Shown: positions 50,716 to 60,355 of the stretch, piece by piece | Layout: each line of letters begins with the position of its first letter | Position numbering within the stretch: the first letter of the stretch is position 1 | Source: Ginglymostoma cirratum | Lineage: Eukaryota | Assembly: GCA_024137785.1 (NCBI GenBank) | Contig: JAHRHZ010000013.1 | Location: 58,418,051-58,482,050 of the forward strand | Length of the DNA stretch: 64,000 nucleotides | Reading direction: 5' to 3' | Notes under the pieces: generated by a model | What the model saw: only the letters and a program-made list of their open reading frames with translations | The model's database searches: none | Told to the model about the DNA's origin: nothing | Position numbers and translations under genes: made by a program

Positions 50716-52062
50716 TATCTATTTCCTCTGCTTCTTTGGACTCCTGCTCCTTTCCATTTGTTCTTTCTGCTTTGCATCCTCCCCCTTTCCACTCCCTCCA
50801 ATCTCTTCCATTTCTTTCCTCATGTCAGTTATCGAGGTGGCTTCTCTTCACAAATTCTTCCTGATCTGCTGAGGTTTTCCAGTTTACTTTGTTTTCCTTT
50901 CAGATTCAAGCATCCGCTGTGCTTTCTTTCAAATTGGCATTTACATCTTCGTTGCTTTCAGTTGTCAGAGAGAATGTTAAGAGAAGAATCAATGGTCTTA
51001 GACACTAGAGGTCACTGTTGCAGCCGCACAGTAAACAATTATCACAGCACTGTTGCTGTGTGGAGTCTTGCTTTCATCCACAATTGGTTCCGGTAACAAC
51101 ATCTTTATAGCAATAATTGGCCTTGACATGTTTATGGATTGGCGTTTCATTGCTCAATATTAATATTGAGTATATTAATGCATTTGGTGGAAGTTCCTTT
51201 GCTTTCATACAAGAGGTGTTGACATTTTAAAATTTTGAATATTGAACAAAAGAATTTGGGGACCAGACACTAATTGTTTGTTACCAGTATTGCTGAGTTT
51301 GAATTCATTGATTAGAGAACTATTCGCTCGTGCAATCCTCTTCCATACAGTTTGCCAAATAATTAAGAGGTACATAAATAAAACTAGGGCCATTGGAAAG
51401 CACGAAAGGTCTTTCATTTATTAGTACTGTTCTGGGTTATGCATCTGAACTAATTGATGACAGAAATGTGCAAAAAAAAATTTCTGCTTGCTAAGGATTT
51501 CTAAGGGTCTTATTAGCAGTGAATTTGGGCAGCATTACATCGGAGAAGTGTACAGTGGCTCTGGCCCACTACTTTGCAAAGTGCAACATAAAACTGAACA
51601 TACTGTGTTCAGTTGTCAAGGTGATCAATCAAATACCTTGTGTACATCAGATTGTAAAAATAGAACTTATCAACCAAGTTTCATAATAAACACAATTAAG
51701 GGTTTATTGTCAAAAGAAAATTTACTTTGCAAGATACTAGATGCAATGATTGGTTAACACGATCAGTAATATGGTACTATAGATGTTTACCCCGCTAAAT
51801 ATCCCTAAAGCACTCACATTAACACATGAAAACTCTTCAGGAATTAAAGGGAAAATTTTCTTTGCAGAGATTGGCTTTCTGAAAAGAAAACACTTTGGCC
51901 AAGGGGGTTTCTTGAAAGCTAAATAATAAAGGAAACGATATTTCGGAGTCTGTGGCTCTCATGTACTGCGTATGTGGGCAAGTCAGTAAAGCCTCACGGT
52001 CACAGTGTGCTCAGGATGTACAATGTTGAGGTGTTCTTTCAACCATTTCAAAAAGACAAATA

Positions 52063-52722
52063 GAATAATAGAGTCATAGAGATTACAGCATGGAAACAGG
52101 CCCTTTGGTCCAACTTGCCCATACTGGCCAGATATTCTCAATAAATCTAGTCCCATTTGCCAGTATTTGGCCCATAACCCTCTAAACCTTTCCTATTCAT
52201 ATAGCCATCCAGATGCCTTTTAAATGTTATAATTGTACCAGCCTCCACCACTTCCTCTGGCAGCTCATTACCAACACACACTACCCTCTGCATGAAAATG
52301 TTGCCCCTTAGGTCCCTTTTAAATCTTTCACCTCTCAACTAAAACCTATGCCCTCTAGTTTTGGACTCTGCTACCCTGGGGAAAAGAACTTGACTATTCA
52401 CGCTATCCGTGTCCCCTCATGATTTTATAAACCTCTATAAGGTCACCCCTCAGCCTTCGACACTCCAGGGAAAATAACCCCAGCCTATTCAGCCTCTCCC
52501 TATAGCTCAAACCCTCTAACCTTGGCAACATCCTTGTAAGTCTTTTCTGAACCCTTTCAAGTTTCACAATATCTTTCTTACAGCAGGCAGACCAGAACTG
52601 CACACAGTATTCCAAACATGGCCTAACCAATATCCTATACAGCACAACATGACATCCCAACTTCTACACTCAATGCACTGACCAATAAAGGCAAGTGTAC
52701 TAAACACCTTCTTCATTACTCT
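52063..52722 (-). mobile_element. CR1/HER-type LINE 3' end
   Basis: [14 protein letters not shown]...[14 protein letters not shown] and RVVCVGNELPEEVVEAG. Confidence 0.92.
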
Positions 52723-52724
52723 GA

Positions 52725-53223
52725 GATAACAAGGTGTGGGGCTGGATGAACACAGCAGGCCAAGCAGCATCATAGGAGCAGGAAAGCTTGACNNNNNNNN
52801 NNNNNNNNNNNNNNNNNNNNNNNNNNNNNNNNNNNNNNNNNNNNNNNNNNNNNNNNNNNNNNNNNNNNNNNNNNNNNNNNNNNNNNNNNNNNNNNNNNNN
52901 NNNNNNNNNNNNNNNNNNNNNNNNNNNNNNNNNNNNNNNNNNNNNNNNNNNNNNNNNNNNNNNNNNNNNNNNNNNNNNNNNNNNNNNNNNNNNNNNNNNN
53001 NNNNNNNNNNNNNNNNNNNNNNNNNNNNNNNNNNNNNNNNNNNNNNNNNNNNNNNNNNNNNNNNNNNNNNNNNNNNNNNNNNNNNNNNNNNNNNNNNNNN
53101 NNNNNNNNNNNNNNNNNNNNNNNNNNNNNNNNNNNNNNNNNNNNNNNNNNNNNNNNNNNNNNNNNNNNNNNNNNNNNNNNNNNNNNNNNNNNGATTCTCT
53201 AGCATCTGCAGTACCTTTTATCT
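52725..53223. mobile_element. Penelope-like family A inverted insertion spanning a gap
   Basis: TSD cttcttcattactctga on both sides; arms in opposite orientation either side of the Ns. Confidence 0.8.
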
Positions 53224-53532
53224 CTTCTTCATTACTCTGATAGGTTTCACTGATGTCATGGGTTTCCTTTTCAGAAATGAGAGAGATCAGCTGGGCAGAT
53301 AGTGTGCAACAAGCTTTCTTCCGATTTATCTTATTTGTAGACTTTTTGTTCAAGATGAACAAGATAAAATCAAGAACATCTTCAAGCCAGTCACTATACA
53401 AAATAGCCCCAGCAGGGTAAACAGCAAAACAAACAGTTATCACCAGAAAAGTTGTCATGTAATTTCTACAAAGCCTTGTTAAAAAAGATTTTCAATATCG
53501 ACAGTGAACTTTCAATGACCATTTTTAAAGAT

Positions 53533-55727
53533 GCCGCTCCAGGTATTTCAACAAAACCTGATATAAATTCTTTCTTCCGCAAGCCTTCAAAACATATGAC
53601 CTCAAATCAATGTTCGTTTTAAAGTATCTGTAACACTATACATTAGTCACGAGAGCTGAACTGACATTATCAACAGCTGTTAGTTAAATAGAGATTTCAA
53701 AATATCACCAGAAAGCTGACAAAGATAAATAATAATGATGAGTTTTCAGCACTAATACATCACGACCACAGCCATGATCAGTTATCACTTTGTAAAGCAG
53801 ATGCATAGGGCAACTTGGGAGCCTAAGTGCATTGGCAGGCTTGATGCACAGTTTCACCGACAAGTTCACAGTGAGCTTGAGGCTCATGAGGCATAGTGGT
53901 AATGTTCCTATCTTTGAACCAGAAGACCTGAGAAGAAGTCCCACCTTCTACAGAGGTGTGGCATAACCAATCTAACCAGATTGTTTAAAATTATCGACAG
54001 TGCTGTGTTTCTGTGCCCGTGGATGCTTAGACTCAACAGGAGGCTGAAGACCAAATTGTGCTACCTGATCCATAATAACTACAGACAGGCTGCTATATCA
54101 GTGACAGGGACAAGAGCTACTGCCTTCAACTTGAATGACTTATGAAGCTTTCCTCCACTCAGGAGAGGGAATGTGAAAATCAGTCACTTTATTGCTCACT
54201 GTTTTGTAAAGAAGATAATTGTTGATTCATCACTAATGCACCCACATGTACTTTAGCAGCAATTGGCAGCAACCAAGGCAAATTCCCACAACTCTTTCAA
54301 GGATTGTCACCCCTTTCCTCAGGACTGGGTGCTATGAAGCTTGTATTTTGCTGGTGTTACTGCACAATACCTAGGGACTTTAACAGAGATATCATACGAA
54401 AGGGAACCAGGGCCAATTTGAAGCAGTTGCTGCGTTCCTACAGCAACACCACAGATGTTTGAACTGACAAGCGGTATCTTACAATATCCCCTCAGAAAAT
54501 CAGCAGGAATTTCTTTGGTTTTTTTTCACCTGACTACTGCAGCAACAGTGCAAGATTGGTGGAAACCCATTTACATCTTCATCTAAAGTCTCTTCTCTTC
54601 TGCCGAGGATAACATGTTCTCTTGTTCACCCACCTTGAAACGATGCACAATGAATTATATAAAACTAAAATTACTGCAGTGATACATTATGGGCAATGAC
54701 CCTCACCATGGACTAGAAAGGTACTAGCAACAAGTCATAGAAACAAAGAGGTGGAAGAAGCAGGACAGATACCAAGAAAAGACCAGATGCTGCATCCAGA
54801 CTGTTATTAGGAAGGCTAATGGATGGTCAGCCGTTATCACAAGAGGATTTCAACATAGGAGTTGTCAATTGCATAGAAGCTTATTGAGACTCCACCCAGA
54901 GAACTGTATGCAGTTCTGGTCTCCTTATCTCAGAAAAGATGTTATTGCCATTGAGGGAGTGCAATAGAGGTTCACCAGACTAGTTCCCGGGAGGGTAGGA
55001 CTGTCCAATGAAGAGGAAATTAGACAAACTGCACTTGTATTCTCTAGAGTTTCAGGTTACTTGCATCCATTGGTTGAGGAGTCCCGTTCCAGGGGACACA
55101 ATGTGAAAATAAGGGGATGCCATTTAGGACACAGATAAAAAGAAATTCTTTTACTCAGAACATTATGAATCTTTAGAATTCTTTGCTCCAGAGGGTGTGG
55201 AAGCTCAGACTTTGTGTATGTTTAAAACAGAGATTAATAGATTTCTGATTACCCGTGGCTTGTTTAAAGGGTGTTGGGTATAGTGTTGGTAAAAGGCACT
55301 GAATTGTTTGATCAGCCATGAACATATTGAATGGCAGAGCAGGCTTAACAGGTTGAATAGCCTGGTCCAGTTCCTATGTTCCTAAAGTATGTGTGAGGAT
55401 TGAACGTTCTGTGTTGGGATGTGAGTGTTGCACTTAGGCTCCCAAGTTGCCCTATGCATCTGCTTTACAAAGTGATAACTGATCATGGCTGTGGTCGTGA
55501 TGTATTAGTGCTGAAAACTCATCATTATTATTTATCTTTGTCAGCTTTCTGGTGATATTTTGAAATCTCTATTTAACTAACAGCTGTTGACAATGTCAGT
55601 TCAGCTCTTGTGACTAATGTATAGTGTTACGAATACTTTAAAACAAATAGTGATTTGAGGACATATGTTTTGAAGGCTTGTGGAAGAAAGAATTTATGTC
55701 AGGTTTTGTTGAAATACCTGGAGCGGC
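53533..55727. repeat. 299-bp inverted repeat (53533-53831 / 55429-55727) with 1.6-kb spacer
   Basis: Direct reverse-complement alignment: 53670-53831 identical to its partner; outer part carries about ten differences. Confidence 0.96.
54800..55385 (+). mobile_element. Decayed CR1 3' end within the inverted-repeat spacer
   Basis: QFWSPYLRKDVIAIEGVQ*RFTRLVPG motif; tail gttcctatgttccta. Confidence 0.85.
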
Positions 55728-56180
55728 TGGGCCAACATTGATTGCCCATTCTTAGTTGCCCTTGGGTAAGTGGTAGTGAGCTATCTTCTGGAACCACTGC
55801 AATCCATTTGGTGTAGGTGAACTTACAATGCGTTCCAGGAATTTGATCCAGGAACTCTGAAGGAATGGTGATATATTTCCAAGTCAGGATGGTGAGTGGC
55901 TTGAAGGATAACTTGCAAGTGGTGGTGTTTCCATGTATCTGCTGCCCTCGTCGTTCTAGTTAGTAGTGGAAGTGTTGTCCAAGGAGCCTTGTTTATGCAG
56001 TGTATCTGAGATGGTAAACTGTTGCCACTGAACGTTGGTGTTGGAGGGGTCAATGTTTGTGAATGTGGTGCCAATCAAGTGGGCTGCTTCACCCTGGATG
56101 TTCCCAAACTTCTGAAGTGTTGTTGGAGCTGCATTCATCCAAGCAAATGGGGACTATTCCATTACATTCCTGACTTGTCC
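55728..56180 (-). mobile_element. LINE 3' end whose tail resembles that of SINE family M
   Basis: Minus strand WMNAAPTTLQKFGNIQGEAAHLIG... and tail aagggcaactaagaatgggcaatcaatgttggccc. Confidence 0.75.
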
Positions 56181-58244
56181 CTCGGGGAGTAGGAGGAGAG
56201 TCACACGTATAAAGCCAATATTTTTATTTCACTTCTTTTGTCTGTGGACTAAAAGAGAAAGGTACTACTATATACCAAGGCGACTGTGCCAAGAGTAGGC
56301 TGCCTTTAAAAAGTACTGTTTACCAGAGTACATTGAGAGTAGTAAACAATGTTGCATTCCCCTGGAGAAGTGAGAGCAAAAGCAGATATCATGGACCCAA
56401 TGGGATTTGAACTATGGGGGTCAATGGCTTGACAATAACATTTTGATGGGCTCCTGACCAGCTGATCATGGCTTGTGTGGACTCGGTGCAGCAAAGAACC
56501 ACCCAGACTGCAAAGAGAAAGCGTTAAGAGATATCTCTATGTGGTTCTCTCTTGCTCCTGTGTGGAGCTACCAGAAAGTCTCCAACAACAGGCAGCTATC
56601 TTCAACACTTTTGTCTATAAATCTCCTATTGAAGAGGAACTAAATAGCTTTAAAGGTAGAGAAAAGGTTAAGCTGATTTTATGACATTCCTCAAAGCACT
56701 CCCCACCCCAATGGATTGGAAATAACGGCATAGAGGCTGGTGTCCTATCACCAAATCACCCTTTATTTACTTATGCACAGTACACTAGCCGGGACCAGCC
56801 AGCTTGGAGTCAGTCCTCAGCTGATGAGATTCTAATCCCCTGGTTATATTCGTCAGCCACGGCTTTCCTGATCAACCCAGATTAACAAACCCAATCCAGA
56901 ACCTTGTAGTCAATGAGGTCTACCTGGTCCCAATCACTACATTCCCTCCCAAGTCGGGGGATGTAGGCCTGGTCTTTCGCTTGTGGCTTTTCTTGCAACG
57001 TCTTCACCCCAGATCTGGTTCCTCTGACTCGGACTCAGACACAGGCAATATGTACCAGACCGAAGCCTGTCTCTTGCATACGGAATGCCCAGTAGAGTGT
57101 CCTCCTCTTCTTCTGGCAGAAATGGTATCGAGGCTACCTCCATTTCGGACTCTGAAGTTCCTCGCCAAGTTTCCATGCCATCTGGAGTCAGTCAAGACAT
57201 TATATGGAGGGGCAGCACCTATGGTTTCTGCCAGGCCTTCGGGCTGTTCTGAAGGGCCAGGTATGTTTTCCTCCTGCCCCGTTTGCGAGACAGGTGATCC
57301 ATGTGTTTGTTCAGGATTGCATCACTGACACAAACTTTGTAAGTGACGGGACCTGACCTCACATCAACCTAACCTTGTACCCGTACAGGGCCATTCTCAT
57401 GGTTCCAGCACCAAACTTCATCAGATTAAATTGTCTCTGTTGCTCAGAGGATTTATTTAGCCAGCATTGGCATTCCTGATGCTGTTTCACCCATCCCCCT
57501 CAATGTCTGGAAATATCAGGTTTAACCTGGTGTAGAGTCTTCTACCTAGCAGTAACACTGCTGGAGCTATCCCTGTTGTTGTGTGTGGGGCCGTTCTATA
57601 ATCAAACATGAACCAGGACAGTTTGGTATCAATTGATGCTGCGGGCTGCTTCTTTAAACCTGCCTTCAACGTTTGGACCATTCTTTCCACCAGACCATTG
57701 GATGACGGATGTTATAGATCTGTCTTGATCTGGTTAATAAAGTCCCATTGTCTGTGACCAATAATTCTGGGAGTCTGTGTATCACGAATGATGCTCACAG
57801 CTTCTCAGTCGTCACTCCTGAGTTGGCTGAATGAACCTTATGCACTTCCAACCAGTTTGTATGGACATCCACAATGACCAGGAACATTGAGCCCATGAAA
57901 GGACCGGCATGGTCGACATGCAACCGAGTCCAGGGTTTACCCAGCCATTCCCAAGCATGTGGGGTGCTCCTGGGAGTGATTTTTGCCCTTGTTGGCACTC
58001 TGGGAACTGACTCACCAATGCAGCCCTGGCCACCAGACAATGCTTCTTGCCAACATCTTCATTCTGGAAAATCCTGGATGACTCTTCTTGGGTTTGGCCA
58101 GTATCTAGAGGTGACTTCTACGTGGGGCAATCACCCTCACTCTCCACAGTATAATGCTGTCCTCTATGATAATCTGGTCTCGCTGGGATCAAAAAGGTTC
58201 CAATCCCAGTTGTGAAGGCCCTTTTTCTCTCCCATCACCACGAG

Positions 58245-58409
58245 CCCTTAGCCAAGGCTTTCCTGTTTGGCCCGGGTTAACAACCCCAATCAAATATCTT
58301 GTAGTGAATGAGGTCCACCTGGTCCCAATCACTACATCCTTTCCCCACTAAGTCTGGGGATGCAGGCCTGGTCCTTAGCTTGTAGCTTCTCTTGCTGTTT
58401 CAGCTGAAA
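58245..58409 (-). repeat. Internal third copy of the 3'UTR-PPT-LTR-start junction inside pol
   Basis: Aligns to about 56857-56997 and, for the LTR part, to 61527-61614 (ggctttcctg...cctggtcccaatcactaca). Confidence 0.9.
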
Positions 58410-60109
58410 CAGCTGTTTCAGTTTTGCTAGGACAGGATCTTTCTGTGTCCACAGTCAGATATTGTCCGGGGTGACTGGAAGGGTGTCCAGAAAGTTTAAA
58501 ACCAGAATGGGACGAACCATCACTGGAGTATCTGCCAGTGGGAGGTGGCTCAAGGCATCTGCATTAGCCACTTGGCTTCCTGGACGGTGTTCTAGCTTGT
58601 AATTGTACGCGCTGAGAATAAGGGCCCAATGCTGAACTCTACCGGAAGCTATGGGCGCCTTGTCTTCCTTCATCAGCCCTAGCAAGGGTTTGTGATCTGT
58701 TACTCTGACAAATTTCCACCCATAAAGGCACTGGTGGAACTTCTTCACACCAAAGATGACCACCAAACCTTCCTTCTCTATCTGGGAATACTTCCGTTCA
58801 GCATCAGCCAAAGTCTGGGAAGCATACACTGTTGGGAGGTCCTCTCTGTTGGGTCACCGGTAAGCCAACACCACCCCAATACTGTACAGGGAGGCATCAC
58901 ATGTCAGTAGTACCTGTCATGTCAAGTCATAGTAGGCCAACATCGTAGATGACAATAGTTTCCTTCTTCCCGTCCCCAAAGGCTACTTCTTGGCTCTATG
59001 ACCATTTCCAAGGCTGACTGTTTTTCAATTCCAGGTGTAAGGGTGCCAAGGTGGAGGCCAGGTTATGTATGAATTTTTCATAATAATTCATGAACCCAAT
59101 GAAAGACCTAAGCTCCCGTACAGATCTGGGAGCTGGGGCTCTTCTGATTGCCTCCACCTTCTCTTCGAGCGGGTGTAGCCCGTTTTTGTCAACTCTTTAA
59201 CCCTAGTAGTTCACTTCGGGTGCCTGGAACACACTTTTTTTCCCTCCTAAGACGCATGCCCGCCTATGAGAAATGTTTAAGCACTATGTCCAAGTTCTCC
59301 AAGTGCTCTTTATTTCTTGCATATTGGTACAAACCATTATGGGTATTACTTCTAGCACTCTTCATCCAGTCGCAATTGCAAGTAGGTGTGGCTCATGCAC
59401 AGCTTCATAAAGGACAGCCGCCTCCACCACCCCCCCCCCCACCCCCAACCCCACCAACTTTGCGTACAAGTCCTCTGTGCAAGGGACCGGGTATTTATCC
59501 AGCTGTGAGAAATGGTTTACCGTTTGCTTAAAATCCCCACAAAGGCAAACTGAGCTGTTCGGCTTCACAATCAGTACGACCAGTCCATTCTGCAAACTGC
59601 ACTGGTTTGATGACTCCTCTGCTGTCCTGCCTCCTGATTTCTGCATCTACTTTTGCCCACAAGGCAAATGGCACCAGGCGGGCCTTGCAAAATCTCGGAA
59701 TTGCCTCCTGGTCAACATGTAAACTGGCTTTGGTCCCTTTGATCTGCCTAAGTGCTTCTTGAAGAACTCCTGGGTATTTCACTAGGACTTCACTAAAGCA
59801 GCCAGTTTCCAACCGAAAAAGTTTGAGCCAATCAAGGTGAATCTTTCTCAACCAATTCCGTCTCAAAAGGTCTGGGCCTGAGCCTTTTACTACCACCAGT
59901 GGTATCTGCACAAACTGCTTCTCATAGGATGCTGGAACCGAAGTCACACCCTATAACTTGCACCGCTTCCCCAGTGTATGTTCTCAGTGAGGCTGAGGGT
60001 TTGTGCAAGCTCAAAGTTTGGAGTCCCAAATGAATCTTATTTAAGACAGATTCTGCAACCAGAGATACAGGAACTGAATGACCTTTTAACCAAACATGAA
60101 TTTTAATTG

Positions 60110-60355
60110 GAACTAGCAAGACCTGCAGATGCTGGAGTAGAGTCAACGCAGTGTGGAGCTGGAGGAACACAGCAGGTCAGGCAGCATCAGAGGAGCAGGG
60201 GATGAGTCGGCTGTGTAGGCGGGTGCTGCGAAAGGAGGCATGGCTGTAGTACTGCGTTTGTTTCAGTATGTGGTTGAAGTCCTGATGAAGGATCTAGGCT
60301 CAAAATGTTGACTCTCCTGCTCCTCTGACGCTGCTTCCAGCTCCACACTGTACTA
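60110..60355. mobile_element. Penelope-like family A inverted insertion inside the Gypsy gag/protease junction
   Basis: Flanking repeat aattttaatt(g/t)g; inverted arms around a ~78-bp unrelated middle; degenerate core CTGATGA-AGGATCTAGGCTC-AAAA at 60281. Confidence 0.78.

Noticed and set aside
58220-58241. Second PBS implying a tandem three-LTR provirus
   Set aside because: The PBS-like bases translate in frame as pol (VVMGEKKG) and pol is collinear across the insert; no second gag follows.
59420-59456. Poly-proline ORF (59148-59531)
   Set aside because: Antisense translation of a poly-C expansion within Gypsy RT.
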